DNA of 64,000 nt from a virus: positions 11,959 through 75,958 of IMG/VR virus record IMGVR_UViG_3300048854_000056. One strand, 5' to 3'. A program made the position numbers and the translations under genes. Below are positions 48,869-57,960 of this stretch, piece by piece. The notes under the pieces were generated by a model, which was not told the DNA's origin, ran no database searches, and was given only the letters and a program-made list of their open reading frames with translations. The stretch's first letter is position 1. Every line of letters starts with the position of its first letter.

Positions 48869-49160
48869 TTCTGCCTCCTTTGGTTGGAGTGTAGAGGTCT
48901 TTCATGTCTCTAAACTGTTGAATATAATGAACTTGCAGTAGTGCGTGTGAATGAAATAACTGCGATCTGTGCATGAATACTGGTGAATAATATCTACAAG
49001 TGTTGAATATAAGGGAAATAGAACACTGAAGTAGAGAATACATGCATAGGTAAAGGGTGGACAGTGAATGTACCAGTGTAAGTGATAGATAACAATGATA
49101 GTTACAATGCACACTATACATAGTACATATATAGGGTATATACACCGGGTCAACTACTTT

Positions 49161-49189
49161 AGCATACACCGTTTTGGATTTGGTGTCAA
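49161..49189 (-). promoter_or_regulatory. Sigma70-type promoter with perfect ACACC-N11-GGTGT dyad
   Basis: TTGACA-17 bp-TATGCT. Confidence 0.7.
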
Positions 49190-49234
49190 GTAATATTTCA
49201 TCATTTTCATAACTATTTTATAAGCTCATTACTT

Positions 49235-49525
49235 TCAGAAATTTAGCATCCTCTTGGAGATTACCGGGTAAAAGTGAGCCATTGAGTCTCTCACAGGCAT
49301 ATCTTCTATGCTCTTGCCTGCGATCTTCGCCTCGGCCTCGTGAATAGCTCTGTTAGTTTCCGCGTGCTCACATGAGCAACTGCAAAGTGTTCCGTCGAGC
49401 CGGGGGCGACATTTGGAATGGCTGTATGACTGGCAATTAGCGCATGGTGTGCACCCTAGTTGATACTTCCTTGCCTCTTTAGACATTCCCCAGGTTCCGA
49501 AACCGTATGACTTCCTTTTCCTCAT
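49235..49525 (-). CDS. Cys-rich hypothetical protein
   Basis: CTPCANC...HSKC...CSCSC. Confidence 0.5.
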   Translation of the reverse strand: MRKRKSYGFGTWGMSKEARKYQLGCTPCANCQSYSHSKCRPRLDGTLCSCSCEHAETNRAIHEAEAKIAGKSIEDMPVRDSMAHFYPVISKRMLNF

Positions 49526-49541
49526 GCATCCAGTATACACC

Positions 49542-49570
49542 TTGACACCATACTAAAAACGGTGTATTGT
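49542..49570 (+). promoter_or_regulatory. polA promoter with perfect ACACC-N11-GGTGT dyad
   Basis: TTGACA-17 bp-TATTGT; ATG 7 nt downstream. Confidence 0.7.
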
Positions 49571-49577
49571 AATTTAT

Positions 49578-52067
49578 ATGGAAATTGCCGAACTGAAACC
49601 CCTGAACCCAGGCTCCCTTACTCCGGCACTCAACCCCACATTGGTTACAGATGGGGCTGGGCTGGAAAAGGTGAAGAAATACTTTGAGAGGATCTCCGAA
49701 CAATCGTCACCGGAGTTCGCAATCGACTACGAAACAAACGTGGTGGATGTCTTTCACGAGCGTAAAGCACGCACACTGCAACTAGGTGACAAGAACGAAC
49801 AGTACATGATCGACCTGTTACCCTTTGCTGGCTCCACAGAGGCCCTTGTTGCCGGCCAAGGAGACTTTAGGCTCTCACGGTGGGCAAAGCCTATCATCGA
49901 CGTTGTAGGGCCTGCATTCGACTCCAAAGCGTTCCTCAAGATCGGGCAGAACCTTCCATTCGAGTACATGGTGTCTTCATGGAACTTCGGGATGCGGTTG
50001 TGGAATGTTTATTCAATCGACATCGCAGAGAAGATCAAGGTGGCCGGCGCTCATACTTTCAAGGACCTCCGTTACTTTTCCCTGGCTAACATGGTAGCGC
50101 GGTACTTCGGTGTAGCGGTGGACAAGACGCAACAGACCACCTTCGACCTCGTGAACCCCATAACCCAAGATCAGATCATCTACGGTTGCCTTGATTTGAG
50201 GATGCCGATTGCGATCAAGGCGAAACAGATCCCAGAACTCACTGCTGACCAACTCATGCGGGTAACCACCATTGAGAACGACGCGGTAGGGTTCTTCGTA
50301 GACATTCACCTGAATGGTTGGAACATCAACAGGAAACAATGGAAAGACCTGGTTGACGAGTGGCAGGCAAGGTACGATGAGTCGATAAAAACACTCGACA
50401 CCAACTTTTTACCGGTGGTAGGAAATAAGAAGCTGGACGGCACCGACCTTGAACCACTTCTGGCCGCGTGGAAGTCACAGACTTTCGATGGCCCCGAAGA
50501 GGTAGCTACCAAGGCACAGATAAAGGCCACAAAGGACAAGGACCAGAAAGATGTTCTTAGGAAGAAACTACTAGAGACGCAGGTTGCTAGGAAGGCTAGG
50601 GCGGCCGAGTCCCGCAAGCACTACATGGCGATGCGGAAGAAGATATCCGACAACACCAAGGCGGTTGATAGCTACATAGGAGAAGCCGCCATCAACTATG
50701 GCTCCAACCCTCAGTTGGTTGCTGCTCTAAGGAAGATGAAAGGCTTCAACGAAACGAACCTTCCTAGCACCGACGATGGAGTGTTGAAGAAACTGGAGCA
50801 TATCCCAGTCATTTCCGCCCTTAGGGATCACCGAACATACGCAAAGCTGTTGGAGACGTATGGCACGCAGTGGTTCACAGAGTACGAGTCGAAGCCGGGT
50901 GCTGAGACTGGATGGGTAAACCCCTACACGAAGAAGATCCACTCAACGATAAATCAGCTTGAGGCAGAAACCGGTCGCACCTCATCGGTGAAACCGAACT
51001 CACAAAATCTTCCTGCGGATGAACGTCTTAGGGCCTGCTTCATTGCGGACGAGCCCAACCCCGATGTACTTGTCTGCACAGTATGCGATGAACTAGTTGT
51101 GGGAAGGGAAGGTGCATGGTGGTGCCCTAAATGCAGCATTCAATGCGAAGTAAAACCGGAAGAAAACGCTGTGGTGAGCTGCGACATGGCCGGTGCTGAA
51201 TTACGCATTATTGCTGAGGAGTCAGGGTCAAAACAGTGGATCGACTCATTCAACAACGGATGGGACTTGCACTCGGTAGGAACCGAGTTGTTGTACCCGG
51301 AAGAGTGGTCCGCCGCAACACAACCGGGATGCGCTTACTACGAGAAGGATCACCAAAAGTGCAAATGCCCTGGGCACAAAACACTCCGTGATGACAACAA
51401 GGCCACTAACTTCCTTCTCGCCTACGGCGGTGGACCTGCTGCACTAGGTGAGGCCATTGGTAAGACGGAGGTGGAAGCCAAGGAGTTGATGAGAAAGCAC
51501 GAGGCTGCCAATCCTGAAGTATGGGCATACTTGGAGAACTCAGGAAAGCAAGCTGTGAAAGAGATGGAGTCACGGTCTAAGTGTGGACGCCGCAGACTAT
51601 TCAACCGTCCTGACTTCAACTCAGCAAGGGAACTTGCAAAGGAGAGGATGTTCGAGTCCCTGAAGAAAAAAGGCAAGCTGCTTTTGAACGATGGGACAAA
51701 GCTAAAACTGGAAGACATGCGGCCGGAAGAGTGGGCGGTCAAGTCAGCACTCCGTGGTATGTACGGAAGCATTGAAAGACGCGGTAAGAATCTCAAGATC
51801 CAGTCCCTCAACGCCACCATCATCAAACTTGCCTGCGGGTCTGGGTATGACCCAGATGGAAAACCCTACCTATGGCACACTCTACCACTACTCGGAGGCA
51901 AGGCTAAGGGTATGGTCCACGATGAAATTATCGTAGTTTTCCCTCGTAGAAATGCTGAAGCCGGCCTAGCCCTAATACAAGATGCATTCAAGCGTGCAGG
52001 AGCAGAGTTCCTTAGTAAGGTTTCCATGCTGTCGGACGGCCGCGTGGCGGACTACTGGAAAAAATAG
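49578..52067 (+). CDS. polA: Family A DNA polymerase (3'-5' exonuclease plus polymerase)
   Basis: Exo I AIDYET, Exo III YGCLD, TGRTSSVKPNSQNLP, motif A SCDMAGAELR, motif B RDDNKATNFLLAYGGG, motif C VHDE. Confidence 0.95.
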   Translation: MEIAELKPLNPGSLTPALNPTLVTDGAGLEKVKKYFERISEQSSPEFAIDYETNVVDVFHERKARTLQLGDKNEQYMIDLLPFAGSTEALVAGQGDFRLSRWAKPIIDVVGPAFDSKAFLKIGQNLPFEYMVSSWNFGMRLWNVYSIDIAEKIKVAGAHTFKDLRYFSLANMVARYFGVAVDKTQQTTFDLVNPITQDQIIYGCLDLRMPIAIKAKQIPELTADQLMRVTTIENDAVGFFVDIHLNGWNINRKQWKDLVDEWQARYDESIKTLDTNFLPVVGNKKLDGTDLEPLLAAWKSQTFDGPEEVATKAQIKATKDKDQKDVLRKKLLETQVARKARAAESRKHYMAMRKKISDNTKAVDSYIGEAAINYGSNPQLVAALRKMKGFNETNLPSTDDGVLKKLEHIPVISALRDHRTYAKLLETYGTQWFTEYESKPGAETGWVNPYTKKIHSTINQLEAETGRTSSVKPNSQNLPADERLRACFIADEPNPDVLVCTVCDELVVGREGAWWCPKCSIQCEVKPEENAVVSCDMAGAELRIIAEESGSKQWIDSFNNGWDLHSVGTELLYPEEWSAATQPGCAYYEKDHQKCKCPGHKTLRDDNKATNFLLAYGGGPAALGEAIGKTEVEAKELMRKHEAANPEVWAYLENSGKQAVKEMESRSKCGRRRLFNRPDFNSARELAKERMFESLKKKGKLLLNDGTKLKLEDMRPEEWAVKSALRGMYGSIERRGKNLKIQSLNATIIKLACGSGYDPDGKPYLWHTLPLLGGKAKGMVHDEIIVVFPRRNAEAGLALIQDAFKRAGAEFLSKVSMLSDGRVADYWKK

Positions 52068-52081
52068 GCACAGGAGAGAAT

Positions 52082-52672
52082 ATGACGTACCAACCAAATA
52101 GATACACAGATCCGTGGATTCAAACGGCGTCGGGAAAAGCCTTCTCCGTACTGAACCCAACTGAAAACATGATCGACATTCACGATATTGCGCACGCACT
52201 GTCTAACCTTTGTAGATTCGCCGGTCACACTAGGAAGTTCTACAGTGTAGCTCAACACTCCATGCTTGTAAGCTACAAGGTCCCCACTGATTTGGAACTT
52301 GAGGGCCTTCTCCACGACGCAACGGAAGCCTATGTTACGGACCTTCCTCGGCCGATCAAGCACTCCGGTTTAGTGGAGGGTTTCCGCGAGATCGAGGACA
52401 ACATCTGGAAAGTCATAGCAAGTAAGTATGACCTGGCACTAAACCACTCGAAAGAAGTCAAGGAAGCCGACGCGAGAGCCCTGCTCACAGAACAGCGTGA
52501 CCTCATGGGTAAACAGGTAAAACCTTGGGCAGATACAGCAATACCCTTCGACCACTTCATCCTCCCCGTTCCACCGGAGACAGCACGGGAACAATTCATA
52601 GCACGATTCAATAAACTTTACAGAGAGAGATCCGAACGCAATGCACAAAAAACTGAACGTACAGCGGCTTGA
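52082..52672 (+). CDS. HD-domain 5'-deoxynucleotidase (YfbR-like)
   Basis: DIAHALSNLCRFAGH, YSVAQHS, LLHDATEAY, VKEAD. Confidence 0.85.
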   Translation: MTYQPNRYTDPWIQTASGKAFSVLNPTENMIDIHDIAHALSNLCRFAGHTRKFYSVAQHSMLVSYKVPTDLELEGLLHDATEAYVTDLPRPIKHSGLVEGFREIEDNIWKVIASKYDLALNHSKEVKEADARALLTEQRDLMGKQVKPWADTAIPFDHFILPVPPETAREQFIARFNKLYRERSERNAQKTERTAA

Positions 52673-53186
52673 CCCCGACGCAAAACTCCCCACTGTGGCC
52701 CACGCGGGAACAGACATTGGTTATGACTTGTACGCCTTGGAGAACACCGTTCTTCGCTACGGAGTGGTGACTAAGGTGAGGACAGGGATTGCGGCACAGG
52801 CAGAGTCAACCGAGCACCTAGTATTTCCGAACAACGAAGTGGGAAAAAGAATCTCCCCACTAGGAATGCTCATCCGTGACCGTTCCTCAATGGCGGCCAA
52901 GGGCATCGTAACCAGCGGTGGTGTAATCGACGCCGGCTACACAGGGGAGATCGTGGTCCTGATGACGAACAACCAAGATGACTGGGGGCACTCTATCAGC
53001 CATGAGACGGGAGAGCGTAGTGGGGACAACTTCTCCACATCTGCTCCTAACGGTTACCACGTAAAGGCCGGAGACAAGATCGCACAGATGGTCCCGGTAC
53101 CAGTTCTCACCGGGGAAGTGGTCGAAGTGACCGAGTTGAGGAAGAGTGAGAGAGGGGGTAATGGTTTTGGATCAACTGGAGTCTAA
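52641..53186 (+). CDS. dut: Trimeric dUTPase
   Basis: GYDLYA, IRDRSS, GVIDAGYTGEI, KIAQ, SERGGNGFGSTG. Confidence 0.93.
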   Translation: MHKKLNVQRLDPDAKLPTVAHAGTDIGYDLYALENTVLRYGVVTKVRTGIAAQAESTEHLVFPNNEVGKRISPLGMLIRDRSSMAAKGIVTSGGVIDAGYTGEIVVLMTNNQDDWGHSISHETGERSGDNFSTSAPNGYHVKAGDKIAQMVPVPVLTGEVVEVTELRKSERGGNGFGSTGV

Positions 53187-53493
53187 ACCAATGTTCGTCC
53201 CTAAACACGGAGCGACCATTATAGATGTAGAGATGGTACCGGTTCCCGCTGAAGTCGTGGAGAAGATCCTCGGTCCCCGCATCCTGCCATTCAGGGGGAA
53301 GCCTGTTGAGAGGCAACCTAAGAACTTCGCGCAGTGCGTCAATGAAGAGTTCGCTAAAGAGGCAGCCAACGCAGAAGGGGTAGTGATCTTGTACCGGACG
53401 AAGGATGGACAGAACAAAGTCCTGAGTGACCAAGGAGACATCGCTGCGACACTCCTCTTTGTCGAGAAGGCCAAGCAAGCATTCCTACGCTAA
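53146..53493 (+). CDS. Hypothetical protein
   Basis: 115-aa ORF ending before a terminator. Confidence 0.55.
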   Translation: MREGVMVLDQLESKPMFVPKHGATIIDVEMVPVPAEVVEKILGPRILPFRGKPVERQPKNFAQCVNEEFAKEAANAEGVVILYRTKDGQNKVLSDQGDIAATLLFVEKAKQAFLR

Positions 53494-53514
53494 ACAACAA
53501 CTCAGTCAGCACAG

Positions 53515-53548
53515 CGCCCCGACCCTAACCGGTTGGGGCGTTTTCTTT
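53515..53548 (+). terminator. Intrinsic terminator
   Basis: CGCCCCGACC/GGTTGGGGCG stem plus TTTTCTTT. Confidence 0.75.
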
Positions 53549-53717
53549 ATGCGTCAGAGTCGATGCGGTGGCACTCGTGGGAACAGAGAACAGGAAGGCC
53601 GTCGGAACCGATGATATGACCAGGGCAAAGATCACAGCCGTACACGGCGCACAGATCCTCAGTGATAACCTCTATATCCACATCTTCAAAGACACCGTCC
53701 CCACCCCGTAGGATTCC

Positions 53718-53969
53718 TTTGTCATGTTTTGTAAGCTTTGTCATGTTTTTTGCCATGTAGGGCGTGATTTGGGCAGACTTTACAGACAAACGTAACAAAC
53801 GTAAAAGTGGCGAAACCCCTTTGTTTTAGCGCCTTTGGTACTGTTTTCAGTTATTTAGGGGGAGGGTCGGCGGAGAGGGAGGGATTCTAAGACCATACCT
53901 CCAAAACCCCAGTAAAAACGCATATATTTGACACGTGAAACCTTCGTTGTTATGTTTTTGTTATGTTTT
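53718..53969. mobile_element. attP: core matching tRNA-Ser 3' end plus arm-type repeats
   Basis: Core GGCGGAGAGGGAGGGATTC 53869-53887 (reverse complement GAATCCCTCCCTCTCCGCC); TTTGTCATGTTTT at 53718 and 53737; TTGTTATGTTTT at 53947 and 53958. Confidence 0.8.
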
Positions 53970-53982
53970 TAGAGGTCAGGAC

Positions 53983-55170
53983 ATGGCAAACAAGGCAGTA
54001 ACGCTGATGCGGCTCTGTAAAACCGAATCTGGTTGGAGAAGGTACAAGGCTGTCGTTGGAAAGAATGGGAGGATCAGGCCGAACTTTGCCCTCAAAAATG
54101 GGTTTCCTACCGAGTACATCATCGGCCATTATGAGCTTAGGTATTACGAGGGCTCCAAGGCCAAGTACATGCCGGTGGGTAACGACGCACAAGCCGCGAT
54201 GACTGCCGCCCTGAAGCACGAGAGGCTACTAGTGGCAAAGCAGGTAGCGGACGATGCTGGGGCCAAGATTGTAGAGGAGAACAAACGAGCAAAACTCAGA
54301 GACGTGCTCATGGAATTTGTACGTGACGCGCGGGACAGGGGTGCTGACGAGGCAGCAGAGGTAAATCTGTATGCCGGAGAGGAATTCCTATCAATCGTTG
54401 AAAAGCAGTTTGTGGACCAGATAACCCTAGCGGACTTCACGAAGCACCAGGCAGCTCTTCGTAAAAGAGAACTGGCACCTCGGACCATATACAACCGCTA
54501 CACGAGAGTGTGTGCCCTGCTCAGGTTCGCTGGTCTGGATGAGAAGGTGTTCCCCGACAAGGCCCCTAAATATGACAAGACTCTCCCTGAAGCGTACACG
54601 AGCGAACAGATCAAAGCGTTATTTGCCTCGTTGAAGACAATGAAGAAGGCCGTGACCTACAAGACTGCCCTACAGTGCGGCCTGAGAGAGCAGGAGCTTA
54701 TGCACGTCGAATGGCCTGATATCGACTGGGAGGCGAAAACTCTCCGCGTTCGGTCAAAGCCTAAATACCAATTCAAGGTAAAGGACAGTGAGGAGAGGGA
54801 CCTGCCCCTGACTGATGATCTAGTGGATCTGCTGAGGGAGTATGAAAAGACACATGGCAACAAGAAACTTATCACCGGCACTTCCACGGATCGCCCCAAC
54901 ACTCATCTTCTGAGAGAGCTAAAGAGGCAGGTAAACAAGGCCGGACTGTCCTGTAGGAAATGTGATTCTTGTGTTCAACACAAGGAATGCGAAGATTGGT
55001 TTCTTCACAAGTTCCGAGCCACGTACGCCACCACCTTGCTGAGGAAGGGAGTTGACATTCGCTCTGTACAGAAGTTGATGGGACACAGTGACATCGCTAC
55101 CACCATGCGGTACCTTCGTCCGGCCGAGACGCCCGAGCTTAGGGCCAAGATAAACGCGATGTCTTGGTGA
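53983..55170 (+). CDS. int: Tyrosine integrase
   Basis: CGLREQEL (R), HKFRATYAT (HxxR), MGHSDIATTMRY (H, Y); ATG 53983 after GAGG. Confidence 0.93.
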   Translation: MANKAVTLMRLCKTESGWRRYKAVVGKNGRIRPNFALKNGFPTEYIIGHYELRYYEGSKAKYMPVGNDAQAAMTAALKHERLLVAKQVADDAGAKIVEENKRAKLRDVLMEFVRDARDRGADEAAEVNLYAGEEFLSIVEKQFVDQITLADFTKHQAALRKRELAPRTIYNRYTRVCALLRFAGLDEKVFPDKAPKYDKTLPEAYTSEQIKALFASLKTMKKAVTYKTALQCGLREQELMHVEWPDIDWEAKTLRVRSKPKYQFKVKDSEERDLPLTDDLVDLLREYEKTHGNKKLITGTSTDRPNTHLLRELKRQVNKAGLSCRKCDSCVQHKECEDWFLHKFRATYATTLLRKGVDIRSVQKLMGHSDIATTMRYLRPAETPELRAKINAMSW

Positions 55171-55172
55171 TT

Positions 55173-55376
55173 TCATGCAGCTATGTTTCTGGCTTCCAAC
55201 CAGTCCGCAACAACTTTAGGGTCAAGGCGAATCGAAGACCCTACTCGGAAACAAGGTAGTGAGCCACTGACCACGTATCCGTAGAGGGTCTTCGATGAGA
55301 TTGAAAGTTTCTTAGCCAGCTTTGGGACGGTGAGAGCATCCTCTTGCGCTCTTATTGATTGAATGATGCTAGACAT
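55173..55376 (-). CDS. xis: Excisionase (HTH_17-like)
   Basis: LTVPKLAKKLSISSKTLYGYVVSGSLPCFRVGSSIRL; convergent with int. Confidence 0.8.
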   Translation of the reverse strand: MSSIIQSIRAQEDALTVPKLAKKLSISSKTLYGYVVSGSLPCFRVGSSIRLDPKVVADWLEARNIAA

Positions 55377-55395
55377 GAATGTTTACCTTGATGAA

Positions 55396-55424
55396 AGTTT
55401 GCCTCAAACACCAAATTATGTCAA
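55396..55424 (-). promoter_or_regulatory. Putative xis promoter
   Basis: TTGACA-17 bp-CAAACT. Confidence 0.55.
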
Positions 55425-55479
55425 GTGTCGAGATGTTTTGTAAACGAAAACTCGGTCCCTCAGGCCGAGCTTTCTAGTA

Positions 55480-55872
55480 CTAGTTTTTGTTCTGCTGACG
55501 GATCATCGCCTTCATCTGCACTATGATCTGCATGATCTGCTGTTCCGTTAGGTGAGGTATCAGGGCATCGAACTCACTGGCGTGTGGACTACGACCGGTG
55601 GCTGCATTGAAAGCCTTCTTCCCCAACCGACGCTCAAGCTTGTCCTGGTCGATCATGATCTCAGCCTCAGATACGTTCATCTTCAGCATCTTGCAAATCT
55701 TAGGAAGCAGGAGTTTGTTGGGAAACATCTGCGCACGCAGAACTTTCCTGTAGTACTCGTAGCTCCCATCTATTTGTCGCGCGAATTCAACCAGAGACAT
55801 ACCCTGTTTCTCTAGAGCTGCGTGAAAAGCAGTGCCGAAGCGCCCGGCGCTATCAATATTTACCATTGCCAT
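55480..55872 (-). CDS. XRE-family HTH protein, probable immunity repressor
   Basis: GMSLVEFARQIDGSYEYYRKVLRAQMFP; adjacent to xis/int; GGGAGG RBS. Confidence 0.65.
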   Translation of the reverse strand: MAMVNIDSAGRFGTAFHAALEKQGMSLVEFARQIDGSYEYYRKVLRAQMFPNKLLLPKICKMLKMNVSEAEIMIDQDKLERRLGKKAFNAATGRSPHASEFDALIPHLTEQQIMQIIVQMKAMIRQQNKN

Positions 55873-56050
55873 AAAAATCCCTCCCAAACTGTTGTTTTCT
55901 GGCTTCCTATAAGTGGTTCGGCCTGAAACGTATTCGTGTCTTCACCTAGATTCTCCCCGGAAATAGGTGTATTGTCAACATAATTTATAGTGTTGATTCC
56001 AACCGAAATTTGTAGACGAGTAGTTTCTGTGTTCAACAGCCCTAATCATA

Positions 56051-56079
56051 TTGACACCAAATAAAATATGTTGTATACT
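56051..56079 (+). promoter_or_regulatory. Sigma70-type promoter
   Basis: TTGACA-17 bp-TATACT; ATG 7 nt downstream. Confidence 0.7.
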
Positions 56080-56086
56080 GGTTTCT

Positions 56087-56665
56087 ATGATTGATTCAGA
56101 GAGCCTCACACGAGGTGCTGTTGTATTCATTGATGGGGGCTCTCGTGGAAACCCAGGGCCGTCAGCATCGGCATTCGCCCTATCCATTGCGGGACAGCAC
56201 GTTAGAACCCAGGCTAAGTTCCTAGGCACGGCAACCAACAATGTAGCTGAGTACACGGCGCTTGAACTGTTCTCGTCGTTTCTTGCTGACCAGAAGTTCG
56301 AGGATAAACCTGCCATAGTGGGCAGCGGGGCAAATATCCTGGTCCTCTCAGACTCCAAGCTCCTAGTGAACCAGATGAATGCAGAGTGGGCTACTAAGGA
56401 CTTCAATCTCAGAGATATTCAATTCCTCATCCAACGTCTTCTCAATTCATCCGGGGCTCACCTTCACTACCGGTACATCCCTCGCAGGTTCAACGTTGAG
56501 GCCGACGCCGCCGTGAACCGTGTACTTGACTCCGTAGCGAACGCCCCGTATGCCTCCACAGGGGAGTTGACGTTAGACGTTCCCGTATCCTGCCTCTTCC
56601 CAGAATGGGGTTCCAAAAATTTATTCCCAGTTGTACACAATCTCTTCAACACAAAGGTCTACTGA
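56087..56665 (+). CDS. rnhA: Ribonuclease HI
   Basis: FIDGGSRGNPGP, TNNVAEYTAL, SDSKLLVNQM, YIPRRFNVEADAAVN. Confidence 0.88.
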   Translation: MIDSESLTRGAVVFIDGGSRGNPGPSASAFALSIAGQHVRTQAKFLGTATNNVAEYTALELFSSFLADQKFEDKPAIVGSGANILVLSDSKLLVNQMNAEWATKDFNLRDIQFLIQRLLNSSGAHLHYRYIPRRFNVEADAAVNRVLDSVANAPYASTGELTLDVPVSCLFPEWGSKNLFPVVHNLFNTKVY

Positions 56666-56666
56666 C

Positions 56667-57188
56667 ATGAAAACATTCACCCGATTAGACGGCGGCTTCA
56701 TCAGGGCGGCCGGCACGGAGCACTTCACAAAGCGCGGACCCGGTATCTCTGTGTTTGCCCTTCAGCATGATGATCCTTTTGTGGTAGTGGGTGAAAGTGA
56801 CGTAAAGCTTATGGAAGCCGGTGACTACGTTCTGTACTGCCCGGCAACCAGGGGTGTAAAGGCGATCCATGCCCGTCATCTCGAAGAGTTCTATTACCCT
56901 CTAAACAGAAAGCCCTCTCCGCAAGTAGGAAACACAGTCACGACCAGTGAGGCACCGATTGGTGACACTGTCTCTGGGCGACTTCAGGGTCTCCTGGAGA
57001 ACTTCACCTATGAGAGTTCTGTGGGTCGCGGCAGGCGGGGGCTCATGGGTCACCATGTGTCTGCCCTAATGACAGATCTCCTCCCATTCATAGAGGCAGA
57101 GGTAGAACGGGCTGTGAAGGAAAAGGACTCTGCGGCCGACAAGGATAGGAAAGCTCTGGCTGAACACTGGCACGGAAAGGCCGCATAG
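56667..57188 (+). CDS. Hypothetical protein
   Basis: 173 aa from ATG 56667. Confidence 0.55.
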   Translation: MKTFTRLDGGFIRAAGTEHFTKRGPGISVFALQHDDPFVVVGESDVKLMEAGDYVLYCPATRGVKAIHARHLEEFYYPLNRKPSPQVGNTVTTSEAPIGDTVSGRLQGLLENFTYESSVGRGRRGLMGHHVSALMTDLLPFIEAEVERAVKEKDSAADKDRKALAEHWHGKAA

Positions 57189-57220
57189 TGTAAGCTGTCA
57201 CTGGCAACAAAAAACAACAC

Positions 57221-57257
57221 AACCCTCTAGGTTTTTTGCCTAGGGGGTTCTTTTTTT
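57221..57257. terminator. Terminator between convergent genes
   Basis: AACCCTCTAGG/CCTAGGGGGTT stem plus T7; A-rich on the other side. Confidence 0.75.
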
Positions 57258-57319
57258 GGTCTGTTCACAGTCCGACCTTGTTCATGAAACGTGAACAGTT
57301 GACCATCCTGAACAGAGTC

Positions 57320-57332
57320 CGCACACTGTGCG
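57320..57332. promoter_or_regulatory. 13-bp palindrome CGCACACTGTGCG
   Basis: Exact copy 2 bp past the stop of the XRE gene. Confidence 0.7.
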
Positions 57333-57334
57333 TT

Positions 57335-57553
57335 TCAAAGTTTGTAGAGCAGCTCCCAAACATTCTTACCGAAAGATGAAGCGATGATCTCCAGTGATCG
57401 AAGAGAAGGATTCTTCTTGCCCCTCTCCAGATTGCTGAGGTAGGTCCGCGATAGGCCGGAATGTTGAGCCAGATCATCCTGCCTCCACCCAAGTTCCTTG
57501 CGTAGAGCCCTCACCCTTTTCCCCAACCGCAGACAAATTTCTTCACTGGCCAC
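57335..57553 (-). CDS. XRE-family HTH regulator (C-protein-like)
   Basis: LGKRVRALRKELGWRQDDLAQHSGLSRTYLSNLERGKKNPSL. Confidence 0.88.
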   Translation of the reverse strand: MASEEICLRLGKRVRALRKELGWRQDDLAQHSGLSRTYLSNLERGKKNPSLRSLEIIASSFGKNVWELLYKL

Positions 57554-57625
57554 ACTTTAGAGCATCTATGCATTTTGACAATCGCGTTTCGCCGTTAGAG
57601 TACAATTTCGCAAACGTGTATAAAA

Positions 57626-57853
57626 ATGTACATGGGGAAGCCCTCTAAAAAGAGACCCAACGTGCCCCTGCCTCCTCCGAAAGTCAGAGACCTCGTGGGC
57701 AGAGTGGGATCGAAGTCCGTTTACCAGGTCACAAGGGTAAGCCATGACGGTACCGAGGTCGATCTCTGCCTCGTTGGGACTGACCTTGAGTGGTTCCGTG
57801 TCCCGGTGGGAGACTTGGTCCTGACCCAGCAGGAAAAGTCAAGCACAAAGTAA
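57626..57853 (+). CDS. Small hypothetical protein
   Basis: 75 aa, divergent from XRE gene. Confidence 0.5.
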   Translation: MYMGKPSKKRPNVPLPPPKVRDLVGRVGSKSVYQVTRVSHDGTEVDLCLVGTDLEWFRVPVGDLVLTQQEKSSTK

Positions 57854-57960
57854 CCCGTATACAGTGATCTGAGGAACCCTATAAAAATCCAGACAGGGGT
57901 AGGGGCGGTTTTGCCCGGCGGAGACCCCGTACCCACCCCGTCGTACCTCTGATTTCTGCC

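Noticed and set aside
49578-53186. polA plus HD hydrolase as a 2-aminoadenine (Z-genome) system
   Set aside because: No PurZ-like gene in the window; YfbR-like HD enzymes are common without base substitution. The unseen part of the genome cannot be excluded.
53547-53798. 83-aa minus-strand ORF
   Set aside because: Its 5' part runs through the attP arm repeats; a shorter peptide is possible but unsupported.
53869-53887. A tRNA gene
   Set aside because: Only the 3' 19 nt are present; no D or anticodon arm, so treated as att core.
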